Assembly (NCBI RefSeq): GCF_002105155.1
Contig: NW_019028980.1
Coordinates: forward strand, 868,001 to 932,000
Direction of reading: 5' to 3'
From: Lobosporangium transversale
Lineage: Eukaryota
DNA: 64,000 nucleotides
This document shows positions 38,691-51,524 of this stretch, in pieces (positions within the stretch are counted from its first letter, which is position 1; every line of letters starts with the position of its first letter). The notes beneath the pieces are model-generated. The model had not been told where the DNA came from. It did no database searches and saw only the letters and a list, made by a program, of their open reading frames with translations. The position numbers were made by a program, and so were the translations under genes.

Positions 38691-40918
38691 ATGGCTACTG
38701 ATATCCATGTCTTGATTGTTGGTGCAGGTGTTGGAGGATTGGCATTGGCCCTGATGCTCGAGCGTGCATCAATTTCTTACGAAGTAAGCGTGCCAATCGA
38801 CAAGCAGCGGAAAGAGTTATATAAGGGGAATGATGGAAAGGAAGAGAAAAGTTCTGATAGCTTTGCTCGTCGCTTTCTTTTTTTTTTTTCCTCTCTCAAT
38901 AGCTCCTTGAAAAGTCAACAGAAGTTAGGCAGCTCGGTACTGCTATCACATTGAGCTGCATCATGCAAATCTTTGAGCAATTGGACATGTATGAGGAGCT
39001 CTTTTCACTCTCAAGGCCTTTTGGTGCTCTTCATGTCCGCGATGAGGATTTGAGCTATAAGGGCACTTTCTGGTCCCGCCCTCCAGGGGACGATATCGAA
39101 GGCCTGTAAGGTGAACACATCATAAACTGTACATGCAGAAGGACAATTATGTATATGCCACCCCATCTGATATGATAATAATTGCCTTTAAATTCTTGGC
39201 TCCGTCTTTTTTCTCTCTCTCTTATGCTTGTTTTCATCATTGTTACTGCTAAAAAAAATAGCTATGGCGACTATCCCCGCGTTATTGGACGTCCTGATCT
39301 TATTAAATTGCTAATGTCACGTATTCCTGCTAATCGTATCCATTTTGGGAAACGTGTTCTCTCAACAACTCAGGATGAACATCAAGTGATTGTGAAATGT
39401 GCAGATGAAACCACATTTACAGGAAGTGTGCTTGTTGGCGCGGATGGTGCCTATAGTAGTGTTCGTCAGAACATGTACCGAGAGCTTGAAAAAACCGGCC
39501 TGTTACCTAAAACGGACGCTTCGCCTATGGGTTGTAGCTTTGAATGCGTGGTGGGCATCTCGAACCCTGTCAGTCCAGATGATTACCCAGTTCTAAAACA
39601 AGACTTTAGTGAATTTGAGATTATCCTCGGAAAAGAAGCTCCGTACACTGTACTTCATTTCTTTTTCTTTTTCTTTTTTTTTTTTTTGTGGATTTTTTTA
39701 GTTGTGTGTGGATAATAATATTCTGATTGCCAATTCTTTTTTTTTTTTTTTTTTTTTTTTTACCGATCAAAAAGGTATGGTACCTACCAATGCAAAATAA
39801 CAGAATTGGGTTTCTTATCACTCATGATGTGCGTAGTCAAGGTACACATGAACAGAGGACCCAAAGGTGTTCTGAATGGGGATATGATGCTGCTAACAAT
39901 GTACTTAATGATGTACGCCGCTTCCGCTGCCCTTACGGAGGTACGCTTGCCGATATTATTGACAACACTCCTAAGGAATTGATCTCGAAGGTCAATCTTG
40001 AGGATAAGGTATTCATTTATTATTTTTTCCACTTTTTAAAATGGAGGCAAAAATGAGAAAGAGAGAAGCAAAGCTAATTTACCTCATCATCTATGTCATT
40101 CGTAGTTCTTCAACACTTGGTACTCTGGCAGAACAGTCATACTTGGAGATGGTAAAAGCTGATACATATTTACAACCTTATGAAATAACCCTGCTACAGG
40201 AAGTACACAGATTGAAATAATCTTTGTCGTGACCTTTTACCATGCACTATTTTTTATTTAAACTGCTAATCTCCAACCTCTAGCTTGCCACAAGGTACAT
40301 TCAAATTATGTGCAGTAAAAGCATCAAACTCTCAGTGGCAGACAATGCTTCCAATTGAACTCATCATAAACTCTGTCCTGATATTTTTTTTTTTGTTGCA
40401 AGATGTTGCCATTTGCAGGACAAGGCGCCAATATGGCGATTCTGTCAGCACTAGAATTGACCAACCTTTTATATGACATGAAATCAGATACACAAACTGA
40501 AATTACACGTATTTTTAAGGTGTATTACAAAAACCGCCACTCGCTCGCTAAGTGGTGTGTTAGCAGTGCGAACCAGCACGGGGCCATGCTTCATAAGAAG
40601 GCTAGTGATCTTCTCTCTCTTGTTTTATTATATTTTGAGTTCTTGGTGTTTTATTCCTTAATACTAAAACCATAACATGAAAATTATTGTTGTGATGTGT
40701 GCTTTCTTTAGGGCGTGATTGGAGATTTGTGGCGGTACCTATTCCTCAACTGGATGCCACGATGGGTGATCAAGAGGGTTACAGACAGCTTCCACGTATA
40801 CCGTCCTCAACTTGTCTTCTTGCCTTTCGTCAAAATCAGAGGCTCACTTACCACTTACACCAATAAGCCTTCGACAAGACAAACACCGATAGTATCCACT
40901 AGTCCAAGGACGGTCTGA
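38691..40918 (+). CDS. FAD-dependent monooxygenase (FAD_binding_3 / salicylate-hydroxylase-like), 8 exons
   Basis: Exons 38691-38783, 38903-39105, 39262-39649, 39775-40008, 40106-40151, 40284-40294, 40403-40600, 40712-40918. Motifs VLIVGAGVGGL, LVGADGAYSSVR, VILGDACHKMLPFAGQGAN. Confidence 0.9.
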
Positions 40919-43327
40919 GGCATGCAAAGCTCACAATGTTGATCTTCTTTTCGCTCTTTTGAATCCTAGTGCTTGACAACAAATATCTGGCTTAATTTAA
41001 TGCCGAGTGCTATATTTAATGCGGTTTGAGAGGCTATCCATTTGCAATAACAAGTTGTATATTTGCCTTGCTGATTAAAAAAGAAAGCAGAGGTGTTGAT
41101 TCTAAATCTTTCGAATGAATATACTAGAATGCCAATAGTTTTTTTTTTTTTTTTTTTTTTTGACCAGGCATATATTGGTAAGGATGGGATTGTTAGAGTT
41201 AAGAGGTCGGACTTGTTTAGCGAATTGACTAAATGGCTTGTGTTTCCTACTTCCACACATGTAGTCATAGTGAAGAAGATACAGGAAGCTTGGGGCACTA
41301 GAGCTGAATAGAATAGAAAAAATGAATATGTTTCTTGGCATGCATGTTGATGTTCGAGCAATCACAGATTCAACTCAGAGACAATAAACAAAGAAGTACT
41401 AAGATGAGCAGTATGACAGATAAAACACCCCAATTGGGAGATCATAACAGGATCTCATATTTAGTGCACGGAAAGAGTGTCATATCAAAGAGAAGCAAAT
41501 GTACCATGCGTCAAGAGAGAGAATCTTCAGTATCTAGCATCCAAATGCGTCGCGTCCACAATCAGATCAATCAAGAGAAAGCCATTGAAGGACTCGAACT
41601 ATACGCGCCCGCAGATGCACAGCAAAAGGCCTTCATATAAAAAGTTTTTTTAGCTGTATCGTTATTGGATTTTGGTTGCATTCTCTGGATCTGCCAGTCT
41701 AGCTATGTGGGACGGATCACGAAATTCCATTTTGACGATGTTGTGAAGACGTACAAAAAATAAAAATAAAAAAATCAGTTCAAGTTCAAGTTCAAGAGAG
41801 TTTAGACGGCCTGCTCAAAGGCTAATATCGTAATTTTTTTCGTAAACAGTAAATAGAAAAATATCAAAGCGTACACTTATGCAATACATCCACAGCTGAT
41901 GATACAACGCATGTGAATATCCTTTTCTTTTTTTTTTTTTTCTGTTATTACAAGTACTCACTATGGAGAAAGTAAGTAAGCATCAAGTAAATGGGTAAAT
42001 GTCCATCCGGACATATACTCAATTGAGGTGACATGGATTCCACAGAAACCGAACTCTTACGACATGTCCTAGCCAGAGCAGGAAGGAGAATGGGAATGTG
42101 GTAAAAGTCAAAGCCCATTTTAGGGTGCAATTGTTTCCCTTTTTGAGGGCACAACGAACAAATGGGCTCTGACTTCCCACTCTCACGCTCAAGGGGAATT
42201 TTTTGAGATTTTGACAACGAGCCCGAGAATGGAAGCCATTGTGTTCACCCCCTTGAAAATAATAAACATGCACAAAACATCAAATCATCAAATCAGCTTC
42301 ATGGACCATTTTGTAACTAACAAATTGGGGTTTGCCAAGAAACTTGCTGATCTCTTAATCCTTTTGATGCAAAAAGTATCAAAAAAGGAATGAAAACAAA
42401 AAAAAAAAAAAAAACTTTAATCTGTAGAATATAAATATTTTACCCTTGTTTGTCAGACAGAAGCAAATATCGATAATAAAAGAATAAATGGAAAAGCCTG
42501 TTCCTGTGTCTGTATCAAACCATGATGTACAGGAACAAGGAAGTAGGCAATAGATCTTTCACAAAAATGGGCACATTAAAGGATTGGAAAGGATACCTTA
42601 TTTGTTTTGAATCCTTGCTCTTTTTTTTTCCTTCCCGCAGCTTCTTCATCTTCAGAAAATAAAACCATAGATATTTGCAAAAGAAAAAGATCTACGAATG
42701 AGAAGAAAGTCAAGGACAAGTCCATGACATGGAATGAATATAAAACATCTATCAAGAGTTGAAAAGCATCATTCCTCGACAGTTCTAATAAAGATTAGGG
42801 GAGGATAGTAAAAGTTGATTATAGTTTAGTGCAGGGTGGCCTTCCTGTGAGGCCAAGCGCAAGGTCCGATTCGTGTTACCCAGCCCGCAGTTTCTTTGAT
42901 CAGTTGGGTGTTGCGATCCAAAAATGGAGTTCATTCTCTACTCTGTGTAGCTCTGACATCTTATACTTTTTATATAAACAATGCTCCACTTCAACTCAAG
43001 CATTTCTCCTTTCTCTCTTTCTTCTCCCTTTGCTACTCCTCTGCCCGCGCTTTATCCTTCAGTCCCTCGCTCCTACTCTTGTTCCTCTCCGCCTGTCCTT
43101 TAGTCAGTCGGGCAACAATCGTTGTATAGATCCCTCTCTTGATTGATTTTTTAATTCATTTTGTTTTATTTTAATTATTTATTTATTTTACCTACCTTAT
43201 ATCCACTGTGAAAGGAGTTAGCATTCATTACCACGCGCGTCCATAACCTGACACTGTATTTTCTGCACCCAATCATTTATCATACTCAGTTATTCTCCCT
43301 TCCTCTTTTGTGGACCCCACAGTAACC

Positions 43328-46300
43328 ATGGATATTAATGCGTTCTGCAACGATATCGAGGGCTGGGTAAGCATAAACATATGCTTGGCTTCCCATGCAA
43401 ACATGCACGGGAATGTTGGGTGATCATTCTTAATTCACCTATTTCGTCACATTATCTCACATACTGTCCATTATCTGTTTTATCTACTCATAGGGCCCAA
43501 CTAGTGATACCCGTCCTGATCTCACGCTTTGTTTCGAGAACACCATCCTTGTGACACTTCCTGCACTTATTGCAATACTAGGCTTTGTTTACCAATCATA
43601 TTACATGTGGAGGTCAGGGAAGTCCCACAACCTGGGCCGTACCAACCTCATCTATTGGCCATCACAAGTGCTAATGTTTGCTAGCGCAATAGCCTTAATT
43701 GCTAGGGCGACCGTCCTAACAAGCAATACATATGCACCCGCAACCATGCTCAGTACAATATGCTTGACCATTGCATGGGTATGATATAAGAGAAGACCTT
43801 TTTTCTTTCTTTTTTTTTTTTTTTTTTTTTTTTTTTGTTCCTCATTCTAGTTGAGCTAATTAGCGTTATTCTTATGTTTAAAATGTTTGTAAATTTAGCT
43901 ATCAGCGATCATATTGAACCATTTCCAGCATGAACAGGAAATCCGTTCAAATGACCTCATTTTCTCGCTCTACTTTGTCTCCCTTATTGCATCAGCGATC
44001 AACATCCGCACAATGGTGCTACTTGAACAAACCAGTCAGCACCAGTTCATAGCTTTTGCTGCATACTTTGCCCTCAACACTCTTGGCTTCATTGTTGAAG
44101 CCTGGCCTCGAGGGCGGACTCAAGCTCAGCGCAAGAGCAACGTCAGTCGGTTCAGCAAGGCTAATTTGTGCAGTCGTGCCACGTTCCACTATCTACAGCC
44201 AATTGTTTCGTTGGGGTACAGGAACCCGCTCTCTATCAAGGACATTGCTGGGATGATGCCTGATCGTATTCAAACTGCAGCTAGCCACAGTCGTCTGAAC
44301 CGAACATGGGAGTATGAGCTGGAGAAACAGAGAACTCACGGAAGAAAACCAAGTTTATTTCGTGCTATTTTGAAGGCTTCTGGGCGGGATTGGATACCCG
44401 TCATGGTTTTTCGTCTCTTGGCCTCCACCTTTATTTATATTCTGCCTCAGCTCCTTAAAGAGTTGCTTGCATTCATCAACTCTTACCAGACCCCGAATCC
44501 ACAGCCGCTTCCGCTTGGTATCATTCTGTCCTTTGGAATGTTCTTTACCTCCATATTGAGCTCGTTCTTCATGGCTCAGTACTTCCAATGGGGCATCAAT
44601 GTCGGTATCCAGGCCAGAACTGGGCTTATTGCCATGGTCTATCGAAAGTCACTTAAACTTTCGAGCGCTGCCAAGCAAAAATCCACTGCGGGTGAAATCA
44701 CTAACCACATGTCGGTTGATGCAGAGAAATGGGCAGACGCAAGCGTCTTCTTACCTATGCTCCTCTCGTAAGTGTTTTTTTCTTTTTTTTTTTCTATCGT
44801 AGATCGGAACATACTATACATACTACTTTTTAGTTGACTAAACTAATGACTTTTTATATATGTCGTAGCACTCCCTTTGAGTTGGCAATAGCTATCTGGA
44901 TGCTTTACTTACAAATTTCATGGTCCGTATTTGTCGGTCTTGCAACGGTTCTCGCCTTAACCCCAATCCAAGGGATGATTGCCAAGTTCTATATGAAGGT
45001 AAAGTTTTTTTTTTTTTTTTTTTTTCTATATATATTTTTTGTTCATATACAACCGAAGAATATCAGAATAAGCTAAATATCGTCTTCTTTTGCTCCTCTC
45101 TGGAACCATACCATTTTAGGCCAAGGAACGCAAACTGGAGGCTATGGATGAGCGTGTCCGCCTTATGAACGAGTTGTTGACCTCTATCAAGGTGATCAAG
45201 TTGTACGGATGGAGCGACTCATTCCGAGAACGTGTTACCTATTATCGTAACCGTGAAGTAGCCACACTCCGAAAGATCGGTGTGGTTTTCTCTTTTATGT
45301 CCATCATGTTCCAGTCCGTCCCCCTTTTGGTGGCTCTTGTCTCGTTTGCAGTTTTTGCAACACATGGTGGCCCTGACTTTGGTCCCGGAGATATCAATCC
45401 ACAGCGTGTGTTTGTTTCCATTACCTTGTTTGGATTGTTGAACCGCCCAATTGGAATGCTCTCGCATGTCTTGGCCGAGGCCATTGGTGTAAGGGTTGCC
45501 GCTGCTCGTATCCAAAAGTTCTTGTTAGCGGAAGAAATTTCTGAAAGCACCGTGGAATCGATTAAGTCCTTGCCTGATGACCCCAGTGTACCACTGATCC
45601 AGGTCAAGGATGGTGTCTTTGCCTGGGATCTGGAAGGACCTGTGATCGAGACAGAGAAGGAACGTAAGGCTCGTGAAAAACTTGAGGCAAAGAAACAGAA
45701 GGAGCTTGAAAAAGAAGTCAAAAAGGCCGGAAAGCCTCTCCCTGAAAAGATCGCCCCCTTTGAAAAGAATTATGGACCCACACTCGTTGACATCAATTTG
45801 GAAATTTCTCGTGGTGATTTGACTGCTGTTGTTGGAAGAGTTGGTCAAGGAAAGAGCTCACTTCTGAATGCTATTATCGGCGATGTAAGTATTCCTTTGT
45901 GTTAAAAATATTGTGTGTACCGTTGTCTCCATATCAATCATAGGAGGGACTTTTTTTTTTCAGAATGTTGGCAACTGACTGCTCTCTTGTCTGTTAATCT
46001 CCTATGCCTTCAGATGTATAAACGCCAGGGATCTGTTAAGGTGTATGGACGACTGGCTTATGTACCTCAACAAGCTTGGATTGTGAATGCAACTTTAAAG
46101 GACAACATCCTTTTCGGAAACGAGTTCGATCAGGCTCGGTATGACCATGTTGTGATGTCCTGCGGCCTCTTGCCAGATATTGCAATGTTGCCAGGCGGTG
46201 ATCAGACTGAAATAGGAGAACGTGGTATTAACTTGTCTGGAGGTCAGAAGCAGCGTGTTTCTTTGGCTCGCGCTGCATATGAGAATGCAGATGTGTATCT

Positions 46301-48937
46301 ACTTGACGACCCTCTGAGCGCTGTTGACGCCCATGTCGATCAACACCTTTGGCAAAACCTCATTGGGCCTACAGGCCTGCTCAAGGACAAGACACGTATC
46401 CTTGTTACCCACGCCATTCACCATTTGGAGCATGTGGATAGAATTGTTGTGATGAGGGATGGAAGGATTGCAGAGACAGGCGAATACAGCACTCTAATGG
46501 ATGCCAAAGCGTCGTTGTATCAACTGATCACGGATTATTCAGTTAACCAGGCCAAGAAGCGAAATGAGAAAAAAGGGGGTGAGGATTCTGTAGCGCAAGA
46601 TGACGAAGACTGCTCAACACGCGATGGCAATGAAAAGGAAGACGAAGTCAATGTAAAGAAAGATGACAAGGCTGAACTTGTCTCAGAGGAGAAGATGGTC
46701 TTTGGAAGTGTCTCGTTCAACGTGTATAAGATTTATTGCAAAGCAGCGTCGTATAAATGGTCTTTGGCAGTCGTTACTATGTTTGTTCTTGGCCAAGCTT
46801 TTCAGGTACATTTGTCTTTTACCAGAGACCTTTTCATATTTTTTATACATATACTATATCAATAGCTTAAACGTATACTTACCTTGCATCCCATTTCCGA
46901 TATGTTGGGCTTTTTCATGTATAGATTGGCACCAACCTTTGGTTGAAGTATTGGTCCAGTGTTGCAGGTCAAGGAAACCATACCGTTGGCGAATTTCTCG
47001 GTGTTTATGCTGCTCTCATCTTCGCCTATATGATCGCTAATGTTGCCTCAGGCTATACCACTATGGTTTTGGCTGCTATCCGCGCATCGACTCGCCTACA
47101 TGATCGTCTTTTGACCAAGATGCTGCGTTTGCCCATGTCTTTCTTTGACACTACGCCTCTTGGCCGTGTAGTCAATCGATTCAGCGGTGATATCTTCTCA
47201 ATTGATGAGTTGACTCCATGGAACTTTATCAACGTCCTTCTTTGCGCCTGCTCTGTTCTTGCTACAATTATTGTTATCGCAACTACAACTCCCGTCTTCT
47301 TGGCTCTAGTCCCTCCTTTGGTCATTGTTTACATCCTCACGCAGAATTATTACCTCAGGACCAGTCGACAGGTAAACAACCTTGATCCTATTTATGATGT
47401 CCATTACACAAGATAATATCTGTTTCCTTTGCTCTCTTAATCTTACTAACAAAAAAAAAAAAAACTTTTCCTAATTCCTAATTTGATAAATAGCTCAAGA
47501 GAATTGACTCTGTTTCAAAGTCACCAATTTATCAACATTTCAGTGAGACCCTCTCTGGAGTGACAACAATCCGTGCCTTGCGCGCTAACGAGCGCTTCAT
47601 CAAGGAGAATGCCAGTAAAGCCGACCAGGCTGCTAATGCTTTTTTCTCTTGGGTGGTTGCCAATCGCTGGCTACAGATCCGTCTGGAGCTCTTGGGTGCA
47701 ACAATTGTGTTGGCTTCAGCTCTCTTTGCTTGCCTGAGCAGAAACACATTGGGTTCAGGAAGTGTGGGATTGGCTTTGTCATATGCCTTAGCTGTCACGC
47801 AGGATATTACTTGGCTTGTTCGCAGCTATTGCGATCTTCAAAAGTAAGAATTATTAATTTAGTCCTCAACGATATCCTTTTCTTTATTTCAAACTTACAA
47901 ATCTTTTTTGTCTCTTTTTTTTTATATTGTGATAAAAAAAAAACACTTATAGTCAACTTGTTGCTGTTGAACGTGTCGACGAGTACGCCAATAAGAACCC
48001 AGAGGCTCCAGATGAGACCGATGCTCCTCTGCCCGAGAATTGGCCACAACATGGCCGTGTTGAGTTCCGTAATTACTCTGCTCGTTACCGTGAAGGATTA
48101 GATCTGGTAATCAAGAACATTTCATTCACTGTGGAGCCTGCTGAAAAAGTGGGTATCTGTGGTCGCACAGGCGCAGGTAAATCATCTCTTACCTTGGCTT
48201 TATTCCGTATCATTGAAGCTGCTAATAGCCATTGGGCTAAGGCTAGCCACAATGGAGTCGATAAGGATTTAGACTCATCTAAGGGAAAAGAGAAGCAGAA
48301 GGAGAAAAGAGAACAAGAGGGGGAAAATGAGATCAAAGATCTCGAGAAGGTCGAAGTGGAGGAAGATGGTGGATCTATCTGGATTGATGGCGTGGATATT
48401 TCAACTGTAGGGCTTACATACTTGCGTCAACACCTGGCAATTATTCCTCAGGATCCCACTCTCTTCGTCGGAACTATTCGTGAAAACCTGGATCCTTTCG
48501 GAGAGCTTCAAGATGCTGACTTGTGGGAGGCTTTAGAGCGTGCTCACTTGAAGGATCATATTTCGTCTCTTGCTGGTGGATTGTCTTTCAAAGTTTCACA
48601 GAACGGGGATAATTTCTCGGTGGGTCAACGTTCATTGATCTGTCTTGCTCGTGCACTTTTGCGCAAGAGCAAGATCTTGATCCTTGATGAGGCTACTGCT
48701 GCGGTAGATGTAGAGACAGATGAATTGATCCAGAAGACTATTCGTAAAGAGTTCAAGGACCGCACCATCCTGACAATTGCGCATCGTATCAAAACTATTA
48801 TGGATTCCGACAAGATCTTGGTGCTCGAAAAGGGTCGTGTCGAGGAGTACGAGTCGCCAAGAACTTTGCTCCAGCGTCCCAGCTCTCTGTTCTATAAGCT
48901 TGCGCAACAGGCTGGCGAGATCAAAGATGCGGACTAA
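43328..48937 (+). CDS. ABCC/MRP-type ABC transporter (Ycf1-like, with TMD0), 9 exons
   Basis: Exons 43328-43366, 43494-43778, 43899-44767, 44869-44998, 45120-45884, 46014-46805, 46925-47371, 47494-47843, 47953-48937. NBD1 GRVGQGKSS / LSGGQKQR / [13 protein letters not shown]2 GRTGAGKSS / FSVGQR / [10 protein letters not shown]. Confidence 0.95.
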
Positions 48938-48947
48938 TAAGCAAGCT

Positions 48948-48980
<33 letters not shown>

Positions 48981-49071
48981 CTATCACAATCTCAAATCTT
49001 ATATCACTACAGCCAAAATTCCATCAAGCATAGAACACAATATATACCTTAATAAACACACAAAATTGACT

Positions 49072-49120
<49 letters not shown>

Positions 49121-49232
49121 ACTCCAGTTGTTTTGTCAAAAAAATAAAAAGACAAATGTTCAATGCGCCAATGAATACAAATATGAATTCTTGTTTATAT
49201 CGTAAATGTATTTTTCTCAATGCTCAAAAACT

Positions 49233-50560
49233 CTAATATACTTCCTGTGGTTGCTGCATTTGCTGCTGCTTCTCTTCCTCTTCCTCCTCCTCCTCCTCCT
49301 CGTGTTGATACTCTTTTTCCCCCTGTTGGTCCTGGGAAATAGATGACTGATACTCTAAAATAGCCTGTGGCGCTCCTGGTGTGACCTCGAGCATTGATCC
49401 AAACCCCTCTCCACCCTGTGGTGCACTTACAGGTCTCTTTGGCTTAAGTGGTCCTGGTAAAGGTAGCCCGGGGCTATAGTTGTTATTAAATCCTTGTGGG
49501 TAGGTCGGTGACGATGGGACTGCATTAAGGTAATCAGACCCTGAGGATATCATGGAGGCATGCTTCATACCATAAGAATCATGATATTGGTCTCCTTCTT
49601 CTCCATAACTGTTAGGCGAATAGTATCCTCTGAAATTAGTGATGGTCTGAGGGTCATTAGGACGGTGTTCAGAATCAACTATTATGTCCTTGGAGTATAC
49701 AGAGGGCTCTTCTTCTAATATCACCCCATGTTGCCGGGGTGGAGGAGGGTAATAGGGTACGGCAGATCCCGAAGTTGTATCGCTTAGATAGGATTGCCGA
49801 GCCAGGTTGTAGTAATCCCCATTAGTGCTGAATGATCCATCATGCCCGTTTCCTCCGTATTCTGAGCCCGTCATCAAGAATTGTAGACTTGTAGGCGTGG
49901 TGAGCTCTGGATTACCTGTGCTGCCAGCAGGGCTCCCATCAGTGCTTCGTCTATGGTTCAGCAGAGCCTCAGGGCTGTGCTTCATCGTATGAAGATTCGA
50001 AACGGATGGCGGTCCCCCTTGATTATTATAATGTCCATGCTCCACCATATCTCCACTAAAATGGCCAGTACCTGATACATCCCCCATATCTCCTGATGCA
50101 TTTTCATGCTTCTTCTTGTTCCTTCTGCGTCTTTTCATTTGTATAAAAGCCAACAACAATATCAATACAACACAACCAACAACGATTCCAACAATAGCTC
50201 CTGTCGATAACCCTGATTTTCTAGGCACATTAGTTCCTTCTTTTGAGGCTCCAGCGAGAGCATCCGAGGGTGTGTACTTCGATAGCCACGTCTTACTGGA
50301 GAGCGAAAATAATAATAGCGCCTCAGCCGCCGTAGGTACACCGTTGAGAGTATTGGGGTTCATGTAAAAACCTCCCCAAATGATGAGCGAGTCGTCGACA
50401 ATAGTGCAAGCTGTGTTACCTCGGCTGCGCCCTGAATACTGTGTGGCTGTCCATGCCCATGATTTGGTATCCAGCATATATACATTTGGATCGGCATCGC
50501 CATCCCCCGTGAAACCTCCAAAGACTGCTACCAATGACCCATTAGCATCTAGGAAGAAGG

Positions 50561-50594
<34 letters not shown>

Positions 50595-51524
50595 ATGACT
50601 TGTTTACTTCAACACTAGAATTATTTAAAGAAGAAGAGAAAAAAAAAAAAGCGCTTACTACTTGCAGCACAAGCGGAGAACAGGATGTAAGGAAATGACC
50701 CAGTAGTTGCCTGTTGATATGGTGGACAGAACCTCACCTTCAATGTTAGTAGTTTTCCATTGTTAAATATTAATCCTACTGTCAGCCAGCAATGAGCCCG
50801 TCCTTACCTGAAAAGCCCATACTTCTGTCTCCGGATGGTATAAATACACACCACGAACGATTGTCTTATTCAGGTTTGTTCCTCCAATAACCATCATGGC
50901 ATCCAATCCTGGAACCCACACTGCTGAATAGGTGGCAATATATTGTGGTCCAGATAATGGTGTCGTAGTCTCTTTCAACACTCTTGTCGAAGGGTCATAG
51001 ATATCAAAGTCATTTGAATAGGTTTCACCGCCCGGTCCAGCATCACCACCTAAAATATAGTTCTTGTTTGCTTTCGGGTTCGTTACGACCGAGAAATCAC
51101 GGCGAGAGTTATCTTTCAGTTCAGTAGGGTTAGACTTGAATGCCCATCTATTGGAAGCGATATCGAAAATGTAGATCCATGATGAAGGAACTGCATTTGA
51201 ATCTGCGCCAGTATCGCGCCCAAATGTGATAAAACTCTTGTTGTCAGCAGAATAACCTGCGGAATGGTATGCATTTGCATCCCCAATGGGAAGATTTGCC
51301 CAAGCTGGCTGACTGGTTGACCATGAAGTGGTTAGGTCTAGTGCCCAAAACTGCTGAAGTAAGTTATCGCCTGACGTGGCTCCGCCTTGAATGTAAAAGG
51401 TATTTCCAACCCTTGCAAAAGCAGCACCGCCACAAGGCTGTGGCTGGCCTTGAGCAAAAAATAAGAAGCAGCAAGCTGAGAAAATGGCGAAAAATGACTG
51501 TTTTAAACGCTGCATGACATGCAT
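49233..51524 (-). CDS. Type I membrane protein with extracellular Kelch beta-propeller, 3 exons
   Basis: Exons 50808-51524, 50659-50710, 49233-50548. Signal peptide, Kelch-like YIQGG/YILGG/VIGG/VFGG/IWGG repeats, TM segment GAIVGIVVGCVVLILLLAFI followed by KRRRNKKK, and a disordered tail. Confidence 0.85.

Noticed and set aside
35926..48937. Secondary-metabolite cluster (oxidase, monooxygenase, ABC transporter)
   Set aside because: No backbone enzyme (PKS, NRPS or terpene synthase) is in the window, and these families are common, so adjacency alone is weak evidence.
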